Positions 25,486-34,552 of a stretch of DNA of 46,205 nucleotides are shown here, in pieces. How positions within the stretch are numbered: the first letter of the stretch is position 1; each line of letters begins with the position of its first letter. Source of the DNA: a virus (lineage: Duplodnaviria > Heunggongvirae > Uroviricota > Caudoviricetes); IMG/VR virus record IMGVR_UViG_3300012348_000120; one strand, given 5' to 3'. A model generated the notes under the pieces. It was not told the origin of the DNA and searched no databases. It was given only the letters and a program-made list of their open reading frames with translations. The position numbers and the translations under genes were made by a program.

Positions 25486-26175
25486 TTATATGTATTTATC
25501 ATAGTAGGCTTGAACTTTTAGCGCCCATTGTTCTGAGTAGTGATCGAATTCTTCACCTTCAATCACAAACTCTTGATAGTTTCCATCATTATCGCCATCC
25601 CAACCAATCATCATGATGACGATGTTGTTGATGTTTGTTCCGTATACGAAGTTATGTGCCGCTGCGTATGCCGCGCCCTGATGGAAATAGTCGGTGATCC
25701 ATTCTTTCTTTTTTGCTTTGCGGCTGGTTTTGAAGTCAATGATGGATTCTTTTCCTTTCCACAGACCAACGCAGTCGGTTGTTCCAGCATATAGTTGTGG
25801 GTAGTATAGTGGAACTTCGGTCCCCCATACTTCATCAACATTTACCAAGCCTTTATCGATCACGATGTCAGACAGTAGCTTTGCTTTTTTGTAGATTAGG
25901 TTTGAACCATCTGGACGAGATTCAGAAAGAATATGCTGCTCAATATGCTTATGGACAATTGTTCCAATATTGGCAGATTCTTTTGTGATTTGTGCGGCAA
26001 CTTCTTCACCTACGGAAGCCCGCCATTCTTTCAAGAATGTTTTGTCCTTCAATGCGTCAAGAATGGTAGTGACGCTTGGGACAGGCTCGTCAGTAGACTC
26101 TTCAAGAGCATACCGACGAGACCCATTTTTTTCAATTCGTTTTAGTTTTTGATATGTGAATTTTTGATTTAGCAT
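25486..26175 (-). CDS. PD-(D/E)XK RecB/Cas4-like phage exonuclease
   Basis: PSVTTIL, GTIVHKHIE, YAGTTDCVG, IIDFKTS and QGAAYA. Confidence 0.85.
   Translation of the reverse strand: MLNQKFTYQKLKRIEKNGSRRYALEESTDEPVPSVTTILDALKDKTFLKEWRASVGEEVAAQITKESANIGTIVHKHIEQHILSESRPDGSNLIYKKAKLLSDIVIDKGLVNVDEVWGTEVPLYYPQLYAGTTDCVGLWKGKESIIDFKTSRKAKKKEWITDYFHQGAAYAAAHNFVYGTNINNIVIMMIGWDGDNDGNYQEFVIEGEEFDHYSEQWALKVQAYYDKYI
25493..25500 (-). promoter_or_regulatory. Late promoter motif (GATAAATA)
   Basis: Upstream of the structural operon 25473->21914. Confidence 0.55.
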
Positions 26176-26181
26176 ACGCTC

Positions 26182-26210
26182 AGTATACTACAACCATTTG
26201 GGAATCACAA
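26182..26210 (-). promoter_or_regulatory. Sigma70-like promoter of the exonuclease gene
   Basis: TTGTGA-17-TATACT just before ATG 26175. Confidence 0.45.
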
Positions 26211-26453
26211 GTGTTTTTTCAACTGTTCGATCATTTTAGTTTTGGTTTCACGAATGTCAACTTTTACACCCAATCTTGACATCGCCCACTCTTCAATCGC
26301 AGCCTTGGTCATCTTCTCAAACATAGGAATATCTTCTTTGATTTCCTCTTTGATCTGATTCGCAGTTGTGATAATTGGTGCAGTTTTGATTGCACCAGCT
26401 ATAATTTTCTCAATAATCTTTTTTAGTTTGACGGCGCTCTTGTATATTTGCAT
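26205..26453 (-). CDS. Hypothetical protein, 82 aa
   Basis: ORF fills the operon. Confidence 0.5.
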   Translation of the reverse strand: MQIYKSAVKLKKIIEKIIAGAIKTAPIITTANQIKEEIKEDIPMFEKMTKAAIEEWAMSRLGVKVDIRETKTKMIEQLKKHL

Positions 26454-26455
26454 GA

Positions 26456-26779
26456 TTACATACCCTTTCTAGATGCTGATATTGCCATATTACGAACTTT
26501 CATTCTAGCCTCATCGGGTGATTGATCATTAGTGGTTGGGGAACCATTAAGATCGATACTATCTATCGTAGCATTTTGTATATACTTGTTGTCCGAAAGC
26601 ATGTCCACCAATGCCTCTGGGGTTACACTATGTCCCAAACGATCAAGTTCGTTTGCCAACATATCAGTGGCAATGGTGTATATGCCATTTGCTTTCAAGC
26701 GAGTCAAATACATATTCAAGTCATTGTTTAATTGAACTGCGTAGTTTTCACCCTCGCTCAAAAGTGTGGATATTTTCAT
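26456..26779 (-). CDS. Hypothetical (possible virion) protein, 107 aa
   Basis: Operon position; MKISTLLSE leader. Confidence 0.55.
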   Translation of the reverse strand: MKISTLLSEGENYAVQLNNDLNMYLTRLKANGIYTIATDMLANELDRLGHSVTPEALVDMLSDNKYIQNATIDSIDLNGSPTTNDQSPDEARMKVRNMAISASRKGM

Positions 26780-26780
26780 A

Positions 26781-27923
26781 TTAGCGTCTCGCTCTGCCTA
26801 GTGGCTCTTCTGCTGGTCCTGCCATTGCTTCGTCGCCGCCAACAATATCGGTGTCAACATCAGCTTCAATGTCATCCTCAAAATCGTCAGCCATATCGCC
26901 GCCAATTTCTTCCTCTGATGGTGCCATTGTGTCAGTTGCTGGTTGCTCACCAGACAATACCAACACCGCATTGTTTACTGCATCTTTTGCAGAACGTGCG
27001 TTGTCTAGCAGACTACTGATTGCTTCGTCAACACTTGACTTAAAGGTTGTTGACTGGTCTGCGCCATGTGAGTAAGCCATTTGATCGGTTAGTGGCCCAA
27101 GTTGATCGTTTTGAATCTTGCCTAGCTTTTCAATGATGTCCTGTAGTTCGTCAACAATACCACGAGCCGCCATTGTAATTTCTGCTGATGCCGCATCACC
27201 TTCTAGAAGTGAATTTAGCTGCGAAAGTAGGACACGCTGTAGTGTTACGGATTCGGTGACTTTCTTTACTTTGTAGTCATCTTTTTTGTTTGCTGCTCTC
27301 ATCGCATCGCCATGATTGTCGTGTGACGAAACAACTTTACCTTTGCCGTTCACTACATCATACTTGCCAGATTTTTTGCCAGCTTCATCTTTTTTGTCTT
27401 GTGCTGATTTTGCTTGGCCCATATCAACTTCATTGACTGGTCCTTTTTTCTTTTTGTCAGCAAGTGCTTTTTTCATTGGCTCTTTTTTGTCGCCGTCCTT
27501 ATCCATGTCTAGGAAGTCTGGCTTTGCTGCTTCACCGATACGCTTATTTGCGTTGCTAATACCTTTTGCACGTTTTGCATTTCTATTATGCAATTTGCGA
27601 TTGGTATCTGCATCATTAGTTTTGCCATCACGATCAAGAATTTCGTCATTGATTTCCATATCTACTTTGGCATTTTTCTTATAACGTTTTGCCATGTCAG
27701 CAGAAACTTCGTCAACACGTGCTTTTAGAAGTGCTTTTACCGCTTCTAGCATCATAGTGGTTTCTACGTAGTTTTTGCCAGATTCTTGCATACGTTCTAG
27801 TCTTACCTTTGCCTTCTGTAATTCCTTGATGTCTCCATCAACAGTGTAGCCAAAGTTTTCTCTTAGATAGTCATTCAAGCGTGATGAAACGCGAATGGAT
27901 GTTGGTGTAAAAAATTTGTTCAT
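26781..27923 (-). CDS. Possible prohead core/scaffold-type protein
   Basis: Highly charged and helical, acidic C-terminal tail, DxDxDG motif (PDFLDMDKDGDKKEPMKKA); late promoter upstream. Confidence 0.45.
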   Translation of the reverse strand: MNKFFTPTSIRVSSRLNDYLRENFGYTVDGDIKELQKAKVRLERMQESGKNYVETTMMLEAVKALLKARVDEVSADMAKRYKKNAKVDMEINDEILDRDGKTNDADTNRKLHNRNAKRAKGISNANKRIGEAAKPDFLDMDKDGDKKEPMKKALADKKKKGPVNEVDMGQAKSAQDKKDEAGKKSGKYDVVNGKGKVVSSHDNHGDAMRAANKKDDYKVKKVTESVTLQRVLLSQLNSLLEGDAASAEITMAARGIVDELQDIIEKLGKIQNDQLGPLTDQMAYSHGADQSTTFKSSVDEAISSLLDNARSAKDAVNNAVLVLSGEQPATDTMAPSEEEIGGDMADDFEDDIEADVDTDIVGGDEAMAGPAEEPLGRARR

Positions 27924-27954
27924 GTTGTAACCCCATATATATTACGTGATATAG

Positions 27955-27962
27955 TATTTATC
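27955..27962 (-). promoter_or_regulatory. Late promoter motif (GATAAATA)
   Basis: Upstream of the 380-aa gene. Confidence 0.55.
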
Positions 27963-28575
27963 TTTTATTTTCATACAGTGCTTTGATTTGCATATGTGCA
28001 GCCTGTGCTTCTGACTTGGCACGATCAAATCTTGCTTCAGCTATATCCATCTTAGTAGCATCGCCTCTTTTTTTAGCAGTGTTATATGATCGTTTGTGAG
28101 AAATAGCGTCATAATAATATGTCTCAAACACCGCGTTTGATGAAATGATCTTTGTTACTTCTGCGGAGTTAATTTTTTTACCTTCGTTTAAATACTTTGC
28201 CAACAAATATGCAGTCTCATACAAACGAAGACCTTCAAACAACGTATCTTGTGAACGAACATCTCTAATGTCGTAAAGCTCTTTGGAATTCTTTTCAATA
28301 TTGAAAACCCCAACTGCAACACCGTTCTCTATTTTGGTGGATTCGTTTATTGTGCTTACTACTTTTTTGGCAACATTTTTACTTGCACCATAAAAATTCT
28401 TCAATATGTTTTCCATCGCCTTTACATCATCTGATGAAACGCCTGGGGTCAAGTCAATTGGACTTCCAGATGGCGTAGATGGGGTTGGTTGGGATTTTAT
28501 TCCCGATGTATCTCCATTCAGCGCCCTTAGTATATTTGCCATTGCATCTACATCTTGTCTGTTTGGTGCAGTCAT
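27958..28575 (-). CDS. Hypothetical (late) protein, 205 aa
   Basis: SD GGAGG; operon position. Confidence 0.6.
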   Translation of the reverse strand: MTAPNRQDVDAMANILRALNGDTSGIKSQPTPSTPSGSPIDLTPGVSSDDVKAMENILKNFYGASKNVAKKVVSTINESTKIENGVAVGVFNIEKNSKELYDIRDVRSQDTLFEGLRLYETAYLLAKYLNEGKKINSAEVTKIISSNAVFETYYYDAISHKRSYNTAKKRGDATKMDIAEARFDRAKSEAQAAHMQIKALYENKR

Positions 28576-28587
28576 ATTATCCTCCGA

Positions 28588-28782
28588 TTATACCATTTTA
28601 AAACCTCGTAAAGTTGGGTTTAGAACACCCTTCTTTACAAGTCCTTCTGCAAGCAAGACTTGACGATCTGATAGTTGTGCTTCACTCACATAATCAGCTT
28701 CAGTGAAAAATTCTTCAATCAAGTCATATTCTTCTTCGGAAATCATAACGTATAGACCTCCTAAAACTTCGGTTAGACGCAT
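28588..28782 (-). CDS. Small hypothetical protein, 64 aa
   Basis: Operon position; MRLTEVL leader. Confidence 0.55.
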   Translation of the reverse strand: MRLTEVLGGLYVMISEEEYDLIEEFFTEADYVSEAQLSDRQVLLAEGLVKKGVLNPTLRGFKMV

Positions 28783-29343
28783 TTATGTCCCCTTGTTCAA
28801 TCTATTTAGCAGTTGTCTAAACTGTGATGCAGTGCGAGGGTCTTGTGCCAGTGCATCCACTGCGGCAGCTTGTGTCGCAAGTGTCTTTCGTTGTTGTGGG
28901 TTTAGAGGCTTTGCGTTTGATGCAGCATCAATCGCACTTGCTGCTTGCTGTGCAGATGCACCACCAAGGTTCTTCTTTCCTAGTTTTTGCATAGCCATAA
29001 CACGCTGCTGTTGTGATTGCATCGGTGTAGCGGCAGCATCAACATCTGCTACCCCTTGACTTGCTGCATTGCCAACAGGCTGACCACGCTGTGCTCTCAT
29101 TTCAGATGGAGATACGGTTCCACCCATATTGTATTCAAGAGTCACTCCAAGCAACTCTTTTAGAGTTTCAACATCTTGCTTTTTCAATGCATTCATTATA
29201 TCAATATAATCAGTGAATGAAGCGGTTTTCATCTTCTGTCGTATATCTTCAATCTTCATTCCAACAAGCTGAGAAATATCTTCATAGTTTCTCTCTATGC
29301 CCTCAGACAACATTTTCATCTTTATCTTGTTTGCTAGTTCCAT
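28783..29343 (-). CDS. Hypothetical protein, 186 aa (Q/A-rich C-terminal half)
   Basis: Operon position. Confidence 0.6.
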   Translation of the reverse strand: MELANKIKMKMLSEGIERNYEDISQLVGMKIEDIRQKMKTASFTDYIDIMNALKKQDVETLKELLGVTLEYNMGGTVSPSEMRAQRGQPVGNAASQGVADVDAAATPMQSQQQRVMAMQKLGKKNLGGASAQQAASAIDAASNAKPLNPQQRKTLATQAAAVDALAQDPRTASQFRQLLNRLNKGT

Positions 29344-29351
29344 AGTTTATC

Positions 29352-29630
29352 TCACTTGTTTAATGTCTTCAGCATACGGCTGGCAGGATTTAATTTTTTG
29401 GTCGCCTTTGATTTTTTAGCAATTCTAGCGCCCATTTTTGCTTTTGTTTTCGCAAGAACAAATCTTTTTTTAATGTCAACTGGCTTAAAGCATGCAGATG
29501 GGTTTGACACCGTTTTGCCAGCTAATCTTCCAGAACCACAGCGATACTTACGAACTATCTGCTTGCCTTTTCTGGCATACACAAGTTTCGCTTCATCTAG
29601 TTGTTCTTCGAAAAGTTCTTCTAAAATCAT
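29352..29630 (-). CDS. Small basic conserved protein (RKYRC...C)
   Basis: Acidic leader MILEELFEEQLDE followed by a very basic domain. Confidence 0.6.
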   Translation of the reverse strand: MILEELFEEQLDEAKLVYARKGKQIVRKYRCGSGRLAGKTVSNPSACFKPVDIKKRFVLAKTKAKMGARIAKKSKATKKLNPASRMLKTLNK

Positions 29631-29879
29631 TTACAATACCTTGAATACAGTTGAAAGTAGAGCAATCAGCATAGTTGCAAATAAAGTAGATGCAGTCCAA
29701 ATGATTATCTTCTTAATCTCACCGAACTCTTCTTTCGTATCAGATGCTAGTTTTTCAACAGACTTTTCAATTCTTGCCTGCCCTTGTTCTAAATTCTGGT
29801 ATCGCATATGAGATGCCGCAACATGCACCTCAAGGTTTTTCATTTCTATTTCTGCTAACTTTGGATCAATCGGTTCCAT
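29631..29879 (-). CDS. Coiled-coil protein with a C-terminal transmembrane helix
   Basis: IIIWTASTLFATMLIALLSTVF; SD GGGAG; late promoter at 29916-29923. Confidence 0.6.
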   Translation of the reverse strand: MEPIDPKLAEIEMKNLEVHVAASHMRYQNLEQGQARIEKSVEKLASDTKEEFGEIKKIIIWTASTLFATMLIALLSTVFKVL

Positions 29880-29915
29880 ATCAAACTCCCATCTTGGCCA
29901 CTAAGCCTATAACAG

Positions 29916-29923
29916 TATTTATC
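29916..29923 (-). promoter_or_regulatory. Late promoter motif (GATAAATA)
   Basis: Intergenic, upstream of the operon 29879->27958. Confidence 0.55.
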
Positions 29924-29950
29924 ATTTGGAATCGCGAATAATATTCCAAT

Positions 29951-29980
29951 AAAAAGCCCAGAGGCCGAAACCTCTGGGTT
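29951..29980 (-). terminator. Rho-independent terminator
   Basis: On minus: AACCCAGAGG-tttc-GGCCTCTGGGCTTTTT. Confidence 0.8.
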
Positions 29981-30041
29981 GTATCATTGACTAGCATACT
30001 ATATTGGTAGGGAGTTGCCCAACAATAATACGGGGGTTCGA

Positions 30042-30437
30042 TTATAGAAGATCAGACATTAAGAATTCAATGTTTGATCCAACTTCAAGCAACACTCCAT
30101 CGATTGTGACGCCATCAAACAATTCCGCAAGTATCGCTACGTTGTTTCCATTACGAGAAAAAACGTGTCCATGCTCAACTGCAAATTTAAAGATATAACC
30201 GTCACCAGTCAGAGTTGGGGCATAGTCGTCTAGCAATACTGAAATAGGACTATTCATCAAAACTGGTTGCGCAACCAAGTTAATTAGGTTTACCACATCA
30301 TCAAAATTCTGTTGTGATTGATCAAGTATGTTTCCTGTTGCAGTAATGTCAACTGCATCAGTGATATACAAAGTGTAAAAGTTTAAATTGCCAGTTAGAT
30401 GCTCACTTGCACTGGCGGCTCCATGTATTCTTGACAT
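30042..30437 (-). CDS. Probable virion structural protein (paralog of 30531-30833)
   Basis: SRIHG...LTGNLNFY matches TKVHE...LTGNLNHF; has its own late promoter and terminator. Confidence 0.55.
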   Translation of the reverse strand: MSRIHGAASASEHLTGNLNFYTLYITDAVDITATGNILDQSQQNFDDVVNLINLVAQPVLMNSPISVLLDDYAPTLTGDGYIFKFAVEHGHVFSRNGNNVAILAELFDGVTIDGVLLEVGSNIEFLMSDLL

Positions 30438-30458
30438 TTTTCATCTCCTTATATATCA

Positions 30459-30466
30459 TATTTATC
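30459..30466 (-). promoter_or_regulatory. Late promoter motif (GATAAATA)
   Basis: Followed by an AGGAG SD. Confidence 0.6.
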
Positions 30467-30479
30467 CAGATTAGTCAAC

Positions 30480-30508
30480 AAAAAAGACCTAGCCGAAGCT
30501 AGGTCTTT
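30480..30508 (-). terminator. Rho-independent terminator
   Basis: AAAAAAGACCTAGC-cgaa-GCTAGGTCTTT. Confidence 0.85.
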
Positions 30509-30530
30509 ATTTTTCAATACCAATTCTGTA

Positions 30531-30833
30531 TTAGTATACGAATGCTTCTACTGTCCAACCAGCACCTAGTGCTGCTTCTAGGGTGTCTGCATCCCATGCG
30601 CCGTTGTTTTCAACGCCGATACGAATTGTGCCTTCGCCTGTGCCGTCAACTAGCGCACCTAGTAGAACTACTGTTGCACGTGTGCCAGCAGTTTCAACTA
30701 GTTTTTTCTTAGCTGCATGGAATGGCGCGTCAGCGGTTGATGCGTCAAAGTTTGCAGTTGTCACTGAAAAGTGATTTAGGTTGCCTGTTAGAAACTGGCC
30801 AGCGTTGAATTCTTCATGAACTTTAGTTACCAT
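30531..30833 (-). CDS. Probable abundant virion protein (head decoration-like), 100 aa
   Basis: Monocistronic with late promoter, AGGAG SD and terminator; biased codon usage. Confidence 0.55.
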   Translation of the reverse strand: MVTKVHEEFNAGQFLTGNLNHFSVTTANFDASTADAPFHAAKKKLVETAGTRATVVLLGALVDGTGEGTIRIGVENNGAWDADTLEAALGAGWTVEAFVY

Positions 30834-30879
30834 TTTATTTCTCCTGTAAATCTATGAAGGATACTACCTTCTATACTTT

Positions 30880-30887
30880 TATTTATC
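30880..30887 (-). promoter_or_regulatory. Late promoter motif (GATAAATA)
   Basis: Intergenic. Confidence 0.5.
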
Positions 30888-30900
30888 TTTTTTAGACTGT

Positions 30901-31665
30901 TTATTTGCTTTTGGATGGAAATCTGCTTGGTATTTCTGACCCCGCAGAATCCAATCCTGTCTTTCCTAAGTATTGTCCGAGCTTTTTAGCACCATATACC
31001 ATTGCGATTCCTTTGGCTACGGTTGCTATTGGGCTGTCCCATACGTTCTTCTTAGTATCGTTACTGTCGTCCACCTTGTATCCTTTGTGTGATTGAAATG
31101 CCAATAACGGAGAATATGCATCACTACGTATTGCTCTTAGTTTAATATACTGTGTCAATCGTGTTACTACAAGAGCACGTTGCGACTGACTGATATTATC
31201 CCAATCTGCAACCAATCTTCTCATTGAACGAAGCATACTGTCCTGAATGTTTAGGTCACGCTGAAACTTCATTAGCATTGTGTTTTCAAACGAAGGATCA
31301 TTATTGCTATTTGCAATGTGCGCCAAATATCTTTTTATATCAAGATGCTTAATATGTATTCTTTTTATCGCAATCTCATCTTTTTCATCAGAATAGGTTT
31401 GGTCTGTTCCGATTAGTCTATTAAGGGAAATGTATAAATCAGTTGCACTTGTTCTAAACGTATTGAAATTTGAAAACATTGTTGTTCTCTGCGCATACTC
31501 TTTTGCCAGTGGTGCAAATTCGTAATCCTTATTCCAAACATTCAGGATCATAAAATATACAAAAGCCAACTCAGCGGCGTCATCAACTTTTAAGTCTGCG
31601 ACCACCTGTTTGGTTCTGAACATTTTACTTTCACATAGTGTGTTTATAAACTGCAACTCATCCAT
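30901..31665 (-). CDS. Conserved hypothetical protein
   Basis: Probable start MDELQFINTLCE at 31665, just after the upstream stop. Confidence 0.6.
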   Translation of the reverse strand: MDELQFINTLCESKMFRTKQVVADLKVDDAAELAFVYFMILNVWNKDYEFAPLAKEYAQRTTMFSNFNTFRTSATDLYISLNRLIGTDQTYSDEKDEIAIKRIHIKHLDIKRYLAHIANSNNDPSFENTMLMKFQRDLNIQDSMLRSMRRLVADWDNISQSQRALVVTRLTQYIKLRAIRSDAYSPLLAFQSHKGYKVDDSNDTKKNVWDSPIATVAKGIAMVYGAKKLGQYLGKTGLDSAGSEIPSRFPSKSK

Positions 31666-31666
31666 A

Positions 31667-32608
31667 TTACTTCCCCGCATATTTCTGTATTTCGGTTGGA
31701 ACACCCAACTCTTTTGTTAGGTCTGCATTTGCGAAGTCAGTGAATATTTTTGTTGCGGTAGCAGCATCGTAATTTTTTTTGACTGCATTGTATAATGTTT
31801 CAAAACTATCCAAATCTTTTCCATTACCAAGATTTAGAACGTCCGCTATTTCATCTGTCTTTTTCCATGGTCCACCAATAACTTCGTTATTATTCTGTTT
31901 TGTGTATCCACCGCCAGTTTTTTTCGGAACTGGTGTTCTTTTCACTCGTATAAGTCCGTCTTTTGGACTAAACATAAATCGCTGACTTTCAAGTGGTCTT
32001 CCATCATCAGTCGTCTCTGATGAATTTTTTTGATTAGCGATGGCAGCAATTGTGGCCAAGAAAGTAGTTCTCATCACGCCTTTGTATTTCGAGTCTTTTT
32101 CGTGTGGAGCATGATAGAATACCTTCATCCATTCTGGGTCGCCCGGCATAAAATCAAGTTGAACATATCCAGTGCGTTGTTTATCAGTAGGAACAGAAGG
32201 ATCATATTTTCCAATTTTGAGTTTGGTCATAATGACACTGCTTTGAGCAATATCTAATATTTGTGGAAGGCTTTTCAGTTTTTCAAGAAACGCTGGAATA
32301 TCTTCTCTTTGCATATTCAGCGCCACATCTATATCACCCGAAAACTCTTTCTTGCCAACCGAACCCAATACGTTGTTCATCAAATCAATACCAAGTGCTT
32401 TTTCCAGTGGGCGCAATGTTGGCTCAATTTCAGAAATGTGAATCGCACCAACACCAGGCATTGATCCGCTTTCACTGATGACTTTACCGCTTGAATTGGC
32501 AACTTCACCAGTTCTACTGTGAAACTCAATGCGTTTATCCCAAGGTGGACGGGGGCCACGTTTCTTACGGTCTCTGCCTTTGTTTAGTATGATTTCACTT
32601 ATTTTCAT
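31667..32608 (-). CDS. Pol-beta superfamily nucleotidyltransferase
   Basis: LGSVGKKEFSGDIDV (hGS...DxD) and third carboxylate VQLDFM. Confidence 0.75.
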   Translation of the reverse strand: MKISEIILNKGRDRKKRGPRPPWDKRIEFHSRTGEVANSSGKVISESGSMPGVGAIHISEIEPTLRPLEKALGIDLMNNVLGSVGKKEFSGDIDVALNMQREDIPAFLEKLKSLPQILDIAQSSVIMTKLKIGKYDPSVPTDKQRTGYVQLDFMPGDPEWMKVFYHAPHEKDSKYKGVMRTTFLATIAAIANQKNSSETTDDGRPLESQRFMFSPKDGLIRVKRTPVPKKTGGGYTKQNNNEVIGGPWKKTDEIADVLNLGNGKDLDSFETLYNAVKKNYDAATATKIFTDFANADLTKELGVPTEIQKYAGK

Positions 32609-32832
32609 TTTGACTTCCCAAATGGATTTTCACCTGTAAGATATGGACGTGAGAACCATAGTTTAAACCATTCATCTGTCCCCGGTTCAATCTTATGTTT
32701 TTTCATATACAACGATTTTTCAGTTCCAGTGTGTGATATATTCTCCTGAGTCTTAGAAGGATCATCTGGTTTATATACTTTGTATATACCCGCCAATCTT
32801 TTCAACTCTTGAAGCTGTTGTTCAAAATCCAT
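32605..32832 (-). CDS. Small conserved protein (IEPGTDEWFKLWF)
   Basis: Operon position; ATGA coupling. Confidence 0.6.
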   Translation of the reverse strand: MDFEQQLQELKRLAGIYKVYKPDDPSKTQENISHTGTEKSLYMKKHKIEPGTDEWFKLWFSRPYLTGENPFGKSK

Positions 32833-32833
32833 T

Positions 32834-33079
32834 TTAGTTCTTCTTTACAGTTTCAATGCCTCTCTTAAATTTACGAGGGTCTTGGGTGCGAATGCTATTC
32901 ACTAAACGTTTAGTCAAATCACTTGCAGTATCCTCATCGTAATGAGAATTGATGTATTCCATCAAATTTATAGCACTGGCAATGATATTCTCTGCCTTCT
33001 GTTCGACAATTCTGTCCTTGTCTTTTGACACAGCAATGCTGCTGAGTTCTTCAAACAAACTTTTACGAATTTTGGTCAT
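32834..33079 (-). CDS. Small conserved protein downstream of the helicase
   Basis: SD GGAG; late motif at 33098-33105. Confidence 0.6.
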   Translation of the reverse strand: MTKIRKSLFEELSSIAVSKDKDRIVEQKAENIIASAINLMEYINSHYDEDTASDLTKRLVNSIRTQDPRKFKRGIETVKKN

Positions 33080-33097
33080 AGCATTTCTCCCGTTATG

Positions 33098-33105
33098 TAT
33101 TTATC
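33098..33105 (-). promoter_or_regulatory. Late promoter motif (GATAAATA)
   Basis: Overlaps the helicase stop codon. Confidence 0.55.
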
Positions 33106-34552
33106 ACACTTCGTCAAATGCAGAACGGGTTTTTGTTTTTAGCATTGCACGTAGGCTTTCAGTTGCTTTATTCTTGCCACCATCCATTATTGGTGTGTCA
33201 TCGTCTTCCGCTGCTTTTTTGTTGACTACCGTTTTCTTTCGCAGAGTGTCAACCATACTCGCGGTAGAATTATCAGTAGTATCAAACGCGGTCCCTGTAG
33301 TGTCATCAGTAATACGCAAGCTGTCCACATCAAACACTAAGTTTACCTTACTGCCGACACCGTTGCTTGAACGTGTTTTTAGTAACTGCAACTGATATTG
33401 GCCACGCTCTCTCATTGCATTGGAAGTGAAAATACCAATCACGTTGTCGGCGGTTTGAATTTTAGAAATACCACCAGCGATGTGCGAGTGATCAAACTCA
33501 ACTTCTTCAACCGCAGATCGGTTCAACTGCGATGCAGTAACGACTACCATATTCGTTTCCATTGAGAAGTTACGAACTTCTTCAGTGACATACTTGTCTT
33601 TGATGAATAGATCACTCGCAGGAACTTTCTTGGTTGCTGGCATAAGCAAGTCAAGATAATCTACACATATACAATCAACTTTGACGCCAGTTTGGATTTG
33701 TAGTTCTTTGAGATAGGATCGTAGATCATTGACCGTTGAACCAGATGGCAAGTATTTCACTCGTAGCATACCAGACTTTTTTGCTTTCATCTTGACTTGT
33801 AGTTCAACGTCATCAAGTTCTTTGAAAATCTTCTTAGTGCCACGATCAGTCTGCATAGCATACATACGCATACAAGACAAGCCTTCGCTTAGTTCCAACG
33901 TAAAGTAAACGCAGTTCAATCCCATTTCTGCCCAGTTCAGCGACATATTCTGCATGAACAGCGACTTGCCCGCACCAGAACCACCAGCAAAGATTGTCAC
34001 TTCGCCACGGTTGATGCCACCATAAAGTTTATCGTCAAGTGATGTCCACCCAGTTGTGATTTGGCCATTCTTACTTTTCAACGTCTCCAAAATTCCTCGT
34101 GGATCAGCATAATAGTCAGTTCCAAGTGATCTTGCCAATCCGATTTGCACTGCTTCTTTGATTCTGGATTCTACCTCTCCGTATTTTCCAGCTTCCAACA
34201 AATCAGTGCTGTCAATGATTGCTTTTTCAATCGCCTTGTGGCGGCAAAAAATCTCAAACTCGTCAACAAACCACTCTGAGTGTTGAGCGATGTTTTCAAG
34301 TTTTTCAATTGTTTGTCCAGTTTCGGCCTTGATCATTTGTTGGCTTGGAAGCGATGAATACTTTTCACTATACCTAATAATTTCCGATACGACTGGTCGT
34401 ATGCTACGATCAAAATATTCAGGCTTGATGATTCCCCGAACTCGTGTATATAGTTCTGGGTCAGTCATCATAAACTGAACAAATAGTTTTTGCAAATCTG
34501 GGGTGTAATTTTTAATATCTGACACTATCTCTCCTTCGTGAATCAGAATCAC
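33104..34552 (-). CDS. dnaB: Replicative DnaB-family helicase (T4 gp41-like)
   Basis: Walker A FAGGSGAGKS, YFTLELSE, CVDYLDLL and TASQLNRS; true start probably GTG of VSDIK behind GAAGGAG. Confidence 0.92.
   Translation of the reverse strand: MILIHEGEIVSDIKNYTPDLQKLFVQFMMTDPELYTRVRGIIKPEYFDRSIRPVVSEIIRYSEKYSSLPSQQMIKAETGQTIEKLENIAQHSEWFVDEFEIFCRHKAIEKAIIDSTDLLEAGKYGEVESRIKEAVQIGLARSLGTDYYADPRGILETLKSKNGQITTGWTSLDDKLYGGINRGEVTIFAGGSGAGKSLFMQNMSLNWAEMGLNCVYFTLELSEGLSCMRMYAMQTDRGTKKIFKELDDVELQVKMKAKKSGMLRVKYLPSGSTVNDLRSYLKELQIQTGVKVDCICVDYLDLLMPATKKVPASDLFIKDKYVTEEVRNFSMETNMVVVTASQLNRSAVEEVEFDHSHIAGGISKIQTADNVIGIFTSNAMRERGQYQLQLLKTRSSNGVGSKVNLVFDVDSLRITDDTTGTAFDTTDNSTASMVDTLRKKTVVNKKAAEDDDTPIMDGGKNKATESLRAMLKTKTRSAFDEV

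Noticed and set aside
25486-26175. Cas4 as evidence of a CRISPR-related system
   Set aside because: No Fe-S cysteine cluster, no cas neighbours and no array; it is an ordinary phage PD-(D/E)XK exonuclease
26182-26210. GAATC near the exonuclease promoter as a sixth member of the GANTC promoter class
   Set aside because: The site overlaps the -35 box in the opposite orientation rather than lying 8 nt into the spacer
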